64,000 nucleotides of DNA from Tubiluchus corallicola. Its lineage: Eukaryota > Animalia > Priapulida. The stretch's first letter is position 1, and every line of letters starts with the position of its first letter. Of the stretch, positions 43,801 to 56,300 are shown piece after piece. A program made the position numbers and the translations under genes. The stretch is from assembly GCA_030141605.1 (NCBI GenBank), contig JAQGDQ010000120.1, positions 522,630 to 586,629 on the forward strand, given 5' to 3'. A model generated the notes under the pieces. The model was not told the origin of the DNA, did not search any database, and saw nothing but the letters and a program-made list of their open reading frames with translations.

Positions 43801-46800
43801 ACCGACTTGCACTCATTGGCACGTTTTCACAATGTTTACCTAATTTCTAATGCTTAAATTTCATAAAACCAATGAAAAATATTATGCCCACCACATTTTC
43901 ACTTAGTCACATGTATACTACTCAGGTACAAAATGTCCAAGTATGTGCGCTGCAGCTTGGCTTGTTTATATTACCGGCAATCAATGTGTACGTAATTGGC
44001 ACTGCAGCTGGGGGAGATCAATTTTCAGTTTCTGTTGCAGCCTCAAATAATAAGTGAACTAGATGTGACACTGTTTAAAACTGTCCTTATCTGAACTAAA
44101 CGTACTTGTTTTTCAGCAAGTCCAAACTTTGGATCTTGTTGGGGTGCGAATAAATGCAGCGTATTCTTTGAGGCTGCAATATCTCGTAATGTGGTTGCTG
44201 TGCGTACAGTAGCATTACGAGCATGGACAAATACCATCACCTGTAAAAAAGAATTTCTTCTAGTTAAGAAAATCATAAATTCTTAATTTCATTTTCAGCT
44301 CAGCAATTAGCGCTGCATCAATAACAAAAAATAAAAAAACGCATAATTTAGTAAATCTTGATTCAGTTTTCTCTTTCACTTTGGTTCTTTATCTAAGGTT
44401 TGTCATGTTGGCAAAAATTCTAAAACCTTAAACAGATAAACTGGTAACCTTCTAATATGGTTTTCAACAATGAACATACTCCCAAAATTCAAAGCAACTG
44501 GCAAAATAAAGTAAAAAATAATAAATGAAAAGCAGATGAAACTGAAATAAAAAATTCGTGTATGGTGAGTTCTCCATTGATTTTCGTCTCCTTAAGGCAA
44601 TTTCCAAGGACTTCAGGAAAAATGTTACCTGATGACCATCCCTCACTTGTTGAAGAACTTTTTCGTAACACACATCATCCATTTGATGCATCTGCTGAAT
44701 GGGATTTGCAGCTTTGACACCGATAAATGTCTGACCAAGAGGTACTGGTCGAAATCTGCCGTCGAAGAAAAATAAACCTTTGTAGGGATTAACACGGAGA
44801 AAAGTAGCAACGTCTGTGTAGTTTGGAAGAGTGGCCGACAACCCAACTATTCTAATCATAGTCTGGGATGACTCTACCTGTATGAATAGAAAAATAATAT
44901 TAATAGTAACTGTTTGAATCATGCAGCCTAATCTTAGAAATAAGTTCAAAATTTCACATTTTAGTAGCGTAATAAAAGCTTAATGTTTAATGCCTGACTA
45001 GCTGCTGACAAACTGCCAATTAGCTGAATAATGAAGCATTTAATTAATAATAGAAAAAAGCCACCTAAGCACAACAATCAAATGAAAGAGAAAAAAAACA
45101 CCACAGATTAAGCAACCAAATTGTCAACATTGTAAGAATGGTATGTATTTCTTGCAACCTGAATAAACTGTACATTTAAGTATGTGATACAACACTCCCA
45201 GTGGACAAGTAATAACATTGATACTATGGCAACATTAGACTGCAAATCAAAACAAAGTTAAACTATAGCAAGCAATAAATTTGAAAAAGTCAGTTTGATC
45301 TCCACAACATTTCAAAACAGAATCCGATATGACTGGAACAGTTACATTTCGAAATTATTTTTTTGCAAATGAAAAACATACCTGTCGCAATGTCCTAGCA
45401 ACTAAGCTTTCAAGTACAGCACCTCTATCATCATGCAATAAATGAACTTCGTCAATAATGAGCAATTTAACCAGTTGAGTGAGAAGAACGTCGCCTGTAC
45501 TCTTACGGGTAACCACATCCCACTTTTCAGGAGTAGTGACTAGCATCTTAATAAAAAAAATTCGTCAGGCATTTTTGATTCATTGCAATACAATGATAAA
45601 ATGACAACTACAAATCTTTATCTGTTTAATATTTACAATGTCAACCACTGATTTTCACGTTTAAATTTGAAAACGTCCTCATACTTTAATGACAACAGTA
45701 TTCACACTTTTATGAAGTAATACATAATGTCTACGATGAAACTAAAAAATGAGATATCTTTCCGGTAAGTATTACAAAAAGTTATAAAACAAGGTAATGA
45801 AATTAGACAATGTTTTTCCCAGAGGAAATTTAAATATTATAAAAGAACAAATTCTAGCAACATCAACACAATGTGGTAACAAGCAGCAGTATTTTTTCCA
45901 CAAGTGCATTGTATTTTTCAGTGTTAAAGAGAGTTTAGATGCTTATATATATATATATATATATAAGCAATATTTAGCCTTTTTTTAAATATTTTTATAC
46001 TAACCTGTGTCTTCATTATCTCAGTTTTAGTAAGCTGCATGTCGCCCGTCAGTTCTTTTACTTGGATTCCAAGTGGTTCTAACCGTTTTCCAAAGTTTCT
46101 TACCATTTCCGCTGCCAGTGCTTTCATGGGTGCAACATAAACAACCTAAAAATAAACGAAGAAAAATACGCTCACTTAGTAACCTTTTACAATGGAGTAA
46201 GAAAAATTTATAGTGTTAGTTATATTAATGTTATTTAACAATTAATATATTGTAAAATATATTTGTTAGCCACACCTCATTAGAGCAAAAATAACACAAT
46301 TCTTCTTATTCAACAACTGAGTACCTATAAAAAATGCATCATAATATACCATTGTGGCTGAAAATTTGTCACAAGAGTTTACTTGCGGTTGGCAAAGCTA
46401 CAAAGATCAAAATTTTCAAAGCGGTATTTTTTCGCTTAAAACTGTGCTACAGTGTCTTTGAATGTGCTTAAATGTATTTACTTTTCTTTTGTAGGCAGCT
46501 CAGTTCAAAATCGAACTAGTAGATCATTATTACTACTATGCCTGTAGATTTATAATCTTAATTCTACTTTAGTAGAAAATTTGCCAAGATATTTGACTAT
46601 AATTAGAGATATAGAAAACTTCAATGGCAGGACTTTACAGGGCTTTTGGACTACGCAGGCGGCCTTGACCAATGTCACTGATCAGATATGCTAAATAGAT
46701 AAGTTTTTGATAAAATATGTTTGTCTGAATATTGTCTTACTGAAAGAAGGAAGTTTTGGCCCAAAGGCATCCTATGTTATCAGTACTTAAGTATAATACG

Positions 46801-49800
46801 TTAAAAGAACTAAAAGAAATCTGCCTTGACATTCTAGTTCTCTAATATTAACAGCTCTCTTTATTTTGAAAATTGAACATAGCAGAATAAACATCACCTT
46901 TTGTTGTATAGTTCTCGAAGCCACCATATTAGTTGCAAAATATTTGCTTTGCGAGTACTTTTTCGTCATTTGTCGAATTGTGTTCAGACGCAAATTTAAC
47001 AAGAAACGGTTGTGAAAGAAAATTTGTTTTGTACTTCCTTTTTTCTGCCATCTATGTACTCTAGGTCTTACAAACACTATAACTGCAGATACACAGTCAC
47101 AGAAGTTGCAACATTTAAGGTACCTAGTTGGCTTTAATTCTCAGAAACACATGTTCACATAATTACCTTAAAGTCATCCTTTTTAATTACTCCTTGCTCT
47201 ATATGCTTCTTAATTTCATGTAAAATAGTCAACATGGCAATGTTGGTTTTTCCAGCTCCAGTGGGGGCAGATATCAGCAGATTTTCGTTACTGTAATAAG
47301 CTGTGTCGAACACTATTGACTGTATGACGTTAAGCTGCTTTACACCTTTAAAACCAATTTTTGCCACATCATCAAGATCGACAATTTTAATGTGCTTGAA
47401 GTCTGAAATAAAAGGCGCTGTTGTAGCAGCAGGAATGTTCACTTCCTCATAGTCTTTATTGTTAATGCGCTCAAATCCATCTGGAAGAACCATTTTAGTT
47501 CCACCTACAAATGCAGATGATTGCTTTGCAACTGCATAAGAGTCATACACATATGGATAAGACTCCACATATCTAGCAGTTTGTCGTTCTCGCAAAAGTG
47601 GAGCTCTTTGTGCAGCTGCTAGTTCTATCTCCCTGTAAGCACGTAGCTGCTGTGGATTAAAACTTTGCCCTTCATCATTACAGATCATTTCTACTTTCAC
47701 TAATTTCTTCTCTTCTTTTCTAGCTTGCTTTGCAATTTGCTTTTCCTTTTCTGACTGAATTGTTACTTGGCAACCGTATGCTGGTTTTGTTTGCTTTTGC
47801 TGACTGACACTACTGTCTTGTTTGATTGAGAGTACATCAGCTAATAATGTTTGCCGTCTCTCAAGTAAAACTTGGATGAGTTCTAACCTGTCAATTCCAA
47901 GAAATTCAAACAAGTCATTTTGCAGTTCGTTGTCGGTCTTAGCAGAACAAAGCAGTTCAAACAGTGATGCACATATGTCTGCAACAGGTAAACCCAAATC
48001 ATTGTTGTCATCATGAAAATATTTTCTGACTTGATCAGGTAGCCAAGCACTAGAATCACGATGAACAGAAGTTACAACTTTCTTCTGTTTGGTTTTCTTT
48101 TGTGTTTTTGATGTATCGTTCTGACCAGCTTCATCTTTCTTCTCATATTTAAAACTAAATGAAATCTTGGAACTAATGGTCTCATTTTTTTCTGATTTTA
48201 AAAGACCTACTTCGTCATCTATACTAAATGCAGAATGGCTCACAAATCGAATGTTCTTGCCAAATTCCTTTCCAGAATCTGATTTTGCCACTAACAAATT
48301 GTCTATTGCCAATTTCGCATTGCCTGTAAGGAAAGAGGTCAGTTTATTCACAATATGGCATGCCTTCGAGGCAGCAGTAGCAGGAAAAGGCCCAAAGGCG
48401 GTTCGCAGCTTGGCTGACTCAGTCTGAGAAACTGACTCGACGTCTTTGAAGGTTTTAAACAAAATAACTGTCGCGCATTCAATTTCGTCATGAGTTGAAT
48501 CACTCCCAACTGAAAATGCACAAAAACAAGATGTATTAAATCTGCTTTAAAACATCCAACAAAATACACACAGAAATATTTCTGATTATATGCATCACAG
48601 AAACGTAATCAGGGTTCTCACTAGAATTTTTACAGTGTAATGGCAAAAGCACTCCAGTTGAGGCTGTGTTTGCAGTCCAGGCCCCCAAGTTTGGAGAATT
48701 TTGAGCTATTCCGATAGCACCCACATTGACATCAAATTATTCAGTATATTCAGGTTAAGTTCATCAGTTTTTTATTCAGATATTACTGCATTAAAAGAAA
48801 ATCACGCAGGAATTACCAAATACTTATATTATTATAATCAACTTTATTAAGTAGAAATTGTTTGACTACAAAACATAATTATAAAAGTGTACTCAGCTAG
48901 ACTTCTTAATTAAAAATGTATTGTATATAAAATGAAAGGTTAACTCACAACTACAGCATGGTATGTCCTCACTTAGAGAAACATGAAGATTGGGATTATA
49001 ATGCAGGCAAAGTTGACATTGAACAATCAGATTTATGCGTATTTTAATGCCTTTATCTACTATAGAGCGTGAATCAAGTATTACTTTATAAATTCTACCT
49101 TTTGAAGTATTATTTTACGAAATTATTAACTACACGTATTATTATGAAATCTTTATTACGTCTAAAATAGTGTTTAAGGTCAGGCTGGCATTATACAGTA
49201 GGTGCCGCTTAACAGACTCACTTTGGGACCGACGTGTGTTGACCCAATTAACCGACTGAACCCATTAACCGATGGGTGTAGTATTACTGGTATAGAAGTA
49301 TGAGTCATCAGTTTACTATGCACTGCAAAGGTTTTTAATGAATTTTAGAAACGAAGTAATGCCTAATGTCCTTTGTTGAAAACCTATTGTTGTGACTAAA
49401 ACAGTTCTGAATCGTCTGCTCACTTACATTGCCCTGTACGATGTTTACTCTTGTAAACCACAAGAAATACCGGCTGATTACTGTACCTGCATCTTTGACT
49501 GTTAACTCATTAAGCCTGAAAGTGTGATTTGCAACGAGTGATTCAAAAGGAAACTGGTAGGCAACTGATTAAAGTGTTTAGCTTTCAGAAATTCTTTGGG
49601 TAGCAGTGGGTGAGTGGGTAATAGATTCAAAGTAAAACCACCACGCTAGCGTATTAGCGCATGATAAATGTACTTGCTTACAAACAAAACGGTACTTAAC
49701 ATGATTCTTTCTGTATAGTGCACAAAAGGGAAGTAAAGATGATATAAAAGTAGGAAAGGCTCTTTGGGCACATACAAAAGTCTTATTTTAAGTATGTGGA

Positions 49801-51404
49801 GGAAAAATATTGAGTCAATCATGCGGAGTTATTTGAGTCAATTACCGACAGTTCTTATGTGGTCGGTTCCAGGCATTTTTGAGTCAATAAAGCGATTGAG
49901 TCTATTAACTGTGAGTCTATTAAGCTGCGCCAACGGTATCTTTAAAAGTTTGCCTTCATCCAGTATCATTAACCACTTCACTGCCGTGAAATTTGTATTC
50001 CAGCTAGCGCATAAGAATATTTTAGTAAAATGAAAAGTTGCTACTGCTACATGCACTGCAGTGTTATAGTATGGTTGTTACTACATCACTACCACTTCTA
50101 TTGTTACTACTGGAAGTCCTGCCATCATAGCTGTTGTGAACACCCCCCCCCCCACCACCAATGCCACAGCTGCCGCTGCCGCCGCACCTCGTGTCTGCTA
50201 CTACCAGTGTCATTGTTGCTACCAACTCTCATCGATGTATTAGTAAACTTGTGAGAATGATGAAGAAAGCTGAGAAAAAATAGGAAGGGAAAGCAGAAAA
50301 GAAAGAAAAGTAGAAGCAAATAAAAGCAAAGTTTCTAATTCGCAAAATATTGTTGTGTTGCTACAAAATAAATTTTTATTATGATTTAAATTCATAAAAA
50401 TATTGTAACTGCAATTTTTTCCGAAAAGTATTAGTGTCTATGTCATTGTCGTCATCATCACCATCATCATCAGTGTCACCACCATCGTCATCAGTATCAC
50501 CACCGTTGTCAGTGTCATTTCACTCAATAGCCATTCTAGTGTGTGTTGAACAAATAAAGGCTGGCCTAATACTGTAATTTTTGCCTTGGATGTACATAAT
50601 TCATCAATCATACAATTTTGAAATAGTCATATCCAATTACATGCATGAATTGGCTTCACCTACCATCATCTGATGACTCAATCCCAAATTTTGCAATTTA
50701 GTTCCTAATTTGCTCCACACTATATCTTTTCTGGGCCATTTGAAGACAATAAAATCAACAAAAATACAGGAAAAACTATGCACCAGTGACAACGTAGCAG
50801 ACGACAGTTCAACAATAACAGCAATCTTTTTGCTGATATTGCATGTTTTTGCCCATGAATGTTTTGTAGCTTGTATATCATTTTTTTTAGACAACAGAGG
50901 ACACCACCGCTTTTTGTTTTCAAAGCTAGATTCCTCAATTGCACGTGGCGTGTGTAAGTATTATTGCTACCGGCATAGGCGTCAGTTAATTTGCATATTA
51001 AGCATGATGGTAGAATCTCGTCATACAGGCCAGTCGGAATAGCATTTTCGTGACGGGAAATTCTCGTCATGCAGGCAGTGAAGTGGTTAACCTGATAAGC
51101 AAATGTGTCACATTCTGCCAAACATTAATAATCTCATTAAAAAAATACATGTGTGTGTCAAATACTTACCAAATTCTCTTGAAATATGAACCAGTTCTTT
51201 AATGGTCTCTGTCAGTTTAGCAGAACTGCTACTGTCTATTTTCTGAGCGTGCAATGCAGATTTCAGTTCAGACCAAGACACTGTTTTTTTATCAAACTGT
51301 CTGGCTCGAATGATAGTTTTCTCATCATTCTCATCATACTCAACAGGGAAAGCAATATCAGAGAATGCACGAAGTGCTCCTGTGATACGTGGTAATGTAG
51401 CCAT
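28487..51404 (-). CDS. ASCC3: Activating signal cointegrator 1 complex subunit 3 (dual-cassette Ski2-like helicase), complete CDS, ~2194 aa
   Basis: 23 GT-AG exons total 6585 nt with consistent phases. The N-terminus [14 protein letters not shown] matches ASCC3 rather than Brr2. Cassette 1 motifs: [24 protein letters not shown]. Cassette 2 motifs: [24 protein letters not shown]. Sec63 regions present; C-terminal YVGLDQQY. Confidence 0.97.
29240..29434 (-). CDS. ASCC3: ASCC3 coding exon 22
   Basis: [13 protein letters not shown]...[21 protein letters not shown]. Confidence 0.88.
29954..30068 (-). CDS. ASCC3: ASCC3 coding exon 21
   Basis: [13 protein letters not shown]...PNQIDQ; phases fit both neighbours. 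Confidence 0.85.
30737..30888 (-). CDS. ASCC3: ASCC3 coding exon 20
   Basis: [12 protein letters not shown]...LLTLPHV. Confidence 0.92.
31740..32211 (-). CDS. ASCC3: ASCC3 coding exon 19
   Basis: YYNLED...[10 protein letters not shown]...ELPVRHNED...QAIRILQ. Confidence 0.93.
32955..33080 (-). CDS. ASCC3: ASCC3 coding exon 18
   Basis: [13 protein letters not shown]...[12 protein letters not shown]. Confidence 0.93.
33869..34260 (-). CDS. ASCC3: ASCC3 coding exon 17
   Basis: MEQV...HHAGL...GRAGRPQYD...EPFPVES. Confidence 0.93.
34462..34725 (-). CDS. ASCC3: ASCC3 coding exon 16
   Basis: [16 protein letters not shown]...MPDQE. Confidence 0.93.
34893..35414 (-). CDS. ASCC3: ASCC3 coding exon 15
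   Basis: IFHCLYHTD...APTGSGKT...DEIH...DWLGIQQ. Confidence 0.93.
35946..36043 (-). CDS. ASCC3: ASCC3 coding exon 14
   Basis: [13 protein letters not shown]...HFNPIQTQ. Confidence 0.92.
36467..36635 (-). CDS. ASCC3: ASCC3 coding exon 13
   Basis: [24 protein letters not shown]...HPPHT. Confidence 0.92.
37505..37616 (-). CDS. ASCC3: ASCC3 coding exon 12
   Basis: WNDRIHG...[18 protein letters not shown]. Confidence 0.92.
38441..38582 (-). CDS. ASCC3: ASCC3 coding exon 11
   Basis: [10 protein letters not shown]...[11 protein letters not shown]. Confidence 0.92.
39044..39179 (-). CDS. ASCC3: ASCC3 coding exon 10
   Basis: [16 protein letters not shown]...MDSKEI. Confidence 0.92.
40257..40346 (-). 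CDS. ASCC3: ASCC3 coding exon 9
   Basis: [30 protein letters not shown]. Confidence 0.92.
40779..41552 (-). CDS. ASCC3: ASCC3 coding exon 8
   Basis: [10 protein letters not shown]...GRAGRPQFD...YVAQ. Confidence 0.93.
41967..42158 (-). CDS. ASCC3: ASCC3 coding exon 7
   Basis: VMRSRNKQL...[10 protein letters not shown]...AHAVIIK; weak acceptor. Confidence 0.88.
44106..44240 (-). CDS. ASCC3: ASCC3 coding exon 6
   Basis: [15 protein letters not shown]...AEKQ. Confidence 0.93.
44629..44877 (-). CDS. ASCC3: ASCC3 coding exon 5
   Basis: [19 protein letters not shown]...GHQ. Confidence 0.93.
45382..45546 (-). CDS. ASCC3: ASCC3 coding exon 4
   Basis: [10 protein letters not shown]...DEVH...TLRQ. 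Confidence 0.93.
46005..46145 (-). CDS. ASCC3: ASCC3 coding exon 3
   Basis: [13 protein letters not shown]...KTQ. Confidence 0.93.
47167..48509 (-). CDS. ASCC3: ASCC3 coding exon 2 (N-terminal region to Walker A)
   Basis: VGSDSTHDE...APTGAGKTN...DDFK. Confidence 0.93.
49196..49936. mobile_element. Tc1/mariner (pogo/Tigger-like) MITE in ASCC3 intron, 741 bp
   Basis: TA flanks at 49194-5 and 49937-8. TIRs: CAGTAGGTGCCGCTTAACAGACTCAC on the left and CCGTTGGCGCAGCTTAATAGACTCAC as the reverse complement of the right end. Subterminal TGAGTCAAT/TGAGTCTAT repeats. Confidence 0.75.
50440..50520. repeat. Degenerate (CAT/CAC/CGT)n microsatellite
   Basis: gtcatcatcaccatcatcatcagtgtcaccaccatcgtcatc. 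Confidence 0.7.
51170..51404 (-). CDS. ASCC3: ASCC3 coding exon 1
   Basis: [14 protein letters not shown]...HISREF; donor gtaagt. Confidence 0.9.
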
Positions 51405-52419
51405 TCGTGAGTCAATCACTGATCCATCGACTGGAAACAAAAAATCAACAACTGTACATTGTACAAAAATCGTGCAATACATTTATATAAAATAAATTTA
51501 ATCTTTTTACAAGCTAACTAGTATGTTTAATAGCCATACAAAACTAAAGCTCTTAATGTACATTTACTTGCATGGTAATAAATGTATGAGCATTCTGGAT
51601 ATATGACAGCAATGGCATAGCTCATAAGGGAGTAGCTGCTCCCCTGAGCACATTTTTTTCAAAATTGGAGTCTTTTCAACAACCTGCCTTATTACTTTGC
51701 TTGACCAACCATGTTTTTGAAATAAGCATGCATGCACACAACTCATTTGTCAAGGTTGACTGATTTCTTGCCACACACTGATACTGTCTGTTGTGGCATA
51801 GACAAACAGATAACTGTGTCAAGGTGCCTTCTTTATGTGCTTGCTCCTCCTAACTTTAAAACCTGGCTACGCTCCCCTACATGTATAGGTCTACATTATA
51901 AATTTAGATCATAAATTTTTATCATAACTGTACCAATGAACATGTAATTGTTCATTATAAAATTTACTACTTATTATACATTTGTATAGTAATTTGTACA
52001 CTGTAGGTACAATTGTAGCTACTTGTATACACTAATACATAATTAGTGCAACCAGCATACAAGTATAATTACAAGTAACTGAGGTACAAAATGAAAAAAG
52101 TAAAATTAGCATTACCATCATGATGTCGTTCTTAGGCCGCCGACCAATGCTACAAATGACACATTCCAGTTTACTGGTGATACAAGTTTATTTTCAATGA
52201 GACACAGTTCACTAATAACAGTATCCATAATAACATACAGTAAACAATATCCTAATAAAATTTCAGCCTGGTTCAAAGTTCGAAGTAAATAGATTATCTT
52301 TAAGTCTCAGCAAAACCAGATGGCTGAGTCTGCAAAAACTGCAAAGAAAAAATCTGCATTCTTAAATCTTCGTAAGAATGAAGTCTGCAAAAAAATCTGC
52401 AGATTTTGACTCCACTCAC

Positions 52420-52455
52420 CTTCGCTACAAAGGAGATTCATAAGAGTACTACATT
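52420..52455 (-). other. Candidate 36-nt upstream (5' leader) exon of ASCC3
   Basis: Strong acceptor ttttcctttttgtttgtag and strong donor AAG|gtgagt. The ATG-containing ASCC3 exon has its own acceptor at 51431-2, so upstream exon(s) are expected. Confidence 0.5.
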
Positions 52456-53599
52456 CTACAAACAAAAAGGAAAATGTACCAATGACACACTTTTCAGTTT
52501 TCAGACAGTATAATCACTCAACTTGGTCATCTCATCAATCTCAACCTATCTATATACATGTACAAAACCAATAACAACAGTTTTTCTAGGCTTTTCACTA
52601 ATTCGGTGACACTAAATGACAGAAGATACACAAGGAATAGCAAACATAATCTACCTTAATGCAGGACAGATGTAACCAGACAATTTGTCAGATTCTCAAC
52701 CCACTAGCTTGAAAGAGAATGGACAACACCATGAGATCACACCTAACTCTAACGAAGGAAAGAATTAAAAAAGAAATTCATAAACTAAATAAACCAACTT
52801 TCTTAAAATAGTCCAACATATTCTCCATACTATAATTGATAGCATAGTTGGTATTTTAACTATTTATATTATGGCAGAATTAGTGATAGTCAAAGTTATA
52901 GTTTATCTATTCACACAGATTTGCTGGAATTTAACATAATTATATATTGTAGTCAGTCAAACTTATTTTTGTCTCGCAATGTTTCCTCTTCATTGCCATC
53001 CAATCATCCTAACTATAACTGTTGGCCTATTTTTACCTCTATTCAACCTTTCAAGTTTCCGGTCAGGTCATACTTCAGGGGGGGCACTTGCAACACAACA
53101 CACTATGATACCATTCCTTCTGCAGGTACCTACTTTATAAGCCTTGTAACATTGATTTTCTTACATGTATTGTGTTATGTGGAACAAACGAATCTTAAAT
53201 CTTGAAAAAATGCCCACTGTACCACAATATTACTGTAGTAAAAAAACACTCCAGCATAAAGTCTAATTAACAATGTATCAATGTTTTCACTTGTAATAAG
53301 TTTTACAAAAAACAATAAATTTACATTATACCATCATATCACTACTACTATTTTAGTTTTACTAATCGCTACCAAAAAGTATGGTTTCCTACTTACCAGA
53401 TCTTTACTTAGAAGTTCATCTGCGAATCTCATAAATTACTGCTCAACGTTTACCAGCTGCCAAGTCATTACAAAATTATAATGCAACATTGGAACATTTC
53501 GTTTGCATTTCAAGCAGTGCAGAACTCTTCGCTTGCGTAAAGTAAAGGTCTCACTTAACGTCAGTTTGACTTTATTTTCACTGTTCACTACCTTAGAGT

Positions 53600-54460
53600 T
53601 ACTACGCCTAGTTAGGCAGGTTGATGAAACCACATAGTATAAATATCTAGGGGATTATATGCCAGAGAATGAGGAAAAAGATGTAAATATTTCTAAAAGA
53701 GAAGAAAAAGTGTGATGCATGGCGAAGGATGTTTTAAATTGGAGTGATATAAACAAAGTTGGTTGATTTGCAATGCAGATAAGGCTGTACCTCTTAGAGT
53801 CAATTAAGATACCCGGGGTGATTTACAACGCAGAAACATGGACTGGAGTAAGGAAAGTAGAAATGAGCAGGGTGGAAAAATTCAGAAGGATATGTTACAA
53901 AAGCTATTATCACAGAAGGTGTCATCTAGTTATTGGTGTACTGTATGCTAACAGAAATAGGTGTGTGGCCGATTGAACAGAGAATAAATTACAAGAGACT
54001 GATGTTTTTACATGATCTAGTAAATTCGAGTGAGTCCAGCGATGCGTGATAGATAATGGAAAGTATGTGGAGCAAAGAAATAGAAGGAGAAGAAGTTAGA
54101 AGTCTTAGTGAGAAATGCGATATAGTATTACAGTTTGGACATATAAAGACTCTTAAAAAGTCAACCTGGAAGAAACATGTAAAAGAAAACATAGGAAAAT
54201 TTATTAAAGCTACTGCACGTCACCAGATATACTCGAAAACTACGAACATGATAAACCCAAGCGTTATATAACCGAGTTAACACCGGAACAGAGAAAAAGG
54301 GTTTTAGTGATAAAGTTTAATATGCTACCACTAAAATGTAATTATAGAAATAAGTTTAAAGGAGATCTATGGTGTCCACTAGGTGGTAAAGAAAAAGATA
54401 CAACAGAGCATGTATTCAAATGTACGGTGTACCGACGAAACAACGGTACAGCGAGACAAC
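53600..54460 (+). mobile_element. Decayed non-LTR retrotransposon (LINE) ORF2 3' portion
   Basis: YKYLG (~53638), VIYNAETWT, and a C-terminal zinc-knuckle-like NYRNK..LWCPLGGKEKDTTEHVFKC; many stops. Confidence 0.8.
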
Positions 54461-54499
54461 TAGGAAGGTAAGAACTTCGTCGCATTAGAACGGGACATC

Positions 54500-55080
54500 G
54501 GGAATCGCCAGAGTATGATGATCTGGGGAGTATAGAATTGAGGCAAATAACACGTTATCAAAAATAAATGTGGTACCGAAGTAGGCTGATAGTGAGTATA
54601 ACAGAGATGCTGAGAAGGTGCTGCTGAGTATACAGTATGTGATAAAAACATTTACAGAAGCTGGGGAGAAATTGCAAGAATGTATGATTTAGATGTAAGT
54701 GCTGAAAGAATGCAAACCTTATTGAAGTCATAATGGAAAAAAGAAACAAAAAAGTAGTTAGAAAGTATCTAAAAGTAGAAGCTGAGAAAAAGTGATGTTA
54801 TGACAAAACTTTGAAACATAGTGTGGAAAATTGGGAACAAGCAACAAATTATGTGTTGGGGTGTGACGTGGGAACAATACATAGAATTACTAAATGGGAA
54901 TTAAATATGGTAAAATTAGTTTAATTATAATAATAAGTGAAAGGTTATTTGGTGTGTTCACTGTGTGTGAAGGAATGTGATGCGACAGAACATCTGTTGA
55001 AATGTGAGGTAACTAAGAAACTGTTTAGAAATCTTGCAGTGAACAAAAGAAGATCTATATTCAGTAAACATGAGCATATT
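54500..55080 (+). mobile_element. Second decayed LINE 3' end
   Basis: A related C-terminal motif, LVCSLCVKECDATEHLLKCE, near 54950-55010. Confidence 0.65.
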
Positions 55081-56300
55081 ATTAAGTTAATACTTAGACC
55101 TGACAAGAGATAAAATTTAGAGAAATTTGGGGCTCAATGTAGATATGTAAAAACAACAGTGTGGTGGCATAGTTTTCTGTTTGGCTTGCTCCTTTCTGAT
55201 GTGAATATACAGGAGCCTGATAGATTAGTATACCCACCATTGTGAATCGCCAAGGTGCCAAGAATTGCGGCCTTGCTTGGCTACAAAATTCTTGCACTAG
55301 TGAACACTTATAAAATGTTGGCATTCAGTTTAAAGAATCACCTAGGTTAGATTGAGCTATTTCAAAATTTTCAAAGTAGAAATTTTGAATTATTTGCCAT
55401 TAATTATTAACTAAAATAATATTGATGTATTTTAGGAAAAAGAAAAACTACAGTTAGTGCCAAGCCTTGCCAGTTTCGTATAGGCCTGTTGTAATAAAAA
55501 TTGTACTACTTTTGATTAAAATTATTAACTATAATTTCATGGCTTCTTCATGTAATGAAGTATAGCAATAATTATATATCTGTTACCTGTCTGAAATGAA
55601 AGGCAACAATCAGTGCAACATGGCACTGAACTGCTTGCACATACAGAACAATAAGTTATAATAAAAATCATCAACTAATACAATTATCATTTGATAGATA
55701 ACACTGCTATGCTGGATTTAAACAATATGACAGTACATGATCTATTCAAGCTGGTTCACAAAGTAAACGTACAGGAAAATAATGCAACAAGATAATCAAT
55801 AATGATACTGCTACAAAAACTGCTAGTTTGTGAAAATTTGCTTTATTAAACAGCCGTTAATTTTTTTGTGCAAAATTTTAATCAACAATCAAGTCTGATA
55901 ACTGAATATATAAGTAAAATAGGTCAATGTATAGCATGTTTCAAGATGTTCACTTAATCAATTATATCATGACAACAGCAGACTGCAAAGATATTAGAGT
56001 ATTTTTATGCCATTATATACACGTGTCCACATCAACAGTAACGAATGCTATGAGTAGTACACATTACGTAGGTCATTATTATAAAGCATTTCGCATAATA
56101 GAGTAGATTTTCACGTCGTTGGCTGCGGATGAGAGAATGGCACATGGATACATTTGGTAAGAATACAAGTAATGCCATCGTTTATGAGAAATGTGAAAAA
56201 AGAAACCCACTTTCAAGTTCAAATTAAAATTACAAATATTTAGTCACTCGACTAGAAATAACAACTGTGGCATTGATTAAAATATGATGCAAATGCACTC

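Noticed and set aside
50030-50319. His/Cys/Pro-rich short ORFs
   Set aside because: Translations of low-complexity trinucleotide sequence within an ASCC3 intron.
50637-51121. Overlapping 85-133 aa ORFs after ASCC3 exon 1
   Set aside because: ASCC3 exon 1 splices in phase to 48509 without them; no recognisable domain; they overlap repeat-like sequence.
28487-51404. Alternative call as SNRNP200/Brr2
   Set aside because: The N-terminus ([11 protein letters not shown]) and cassette-2 motifs (PTGSGKT, DEIH, HYCPRM) match ASCC3.
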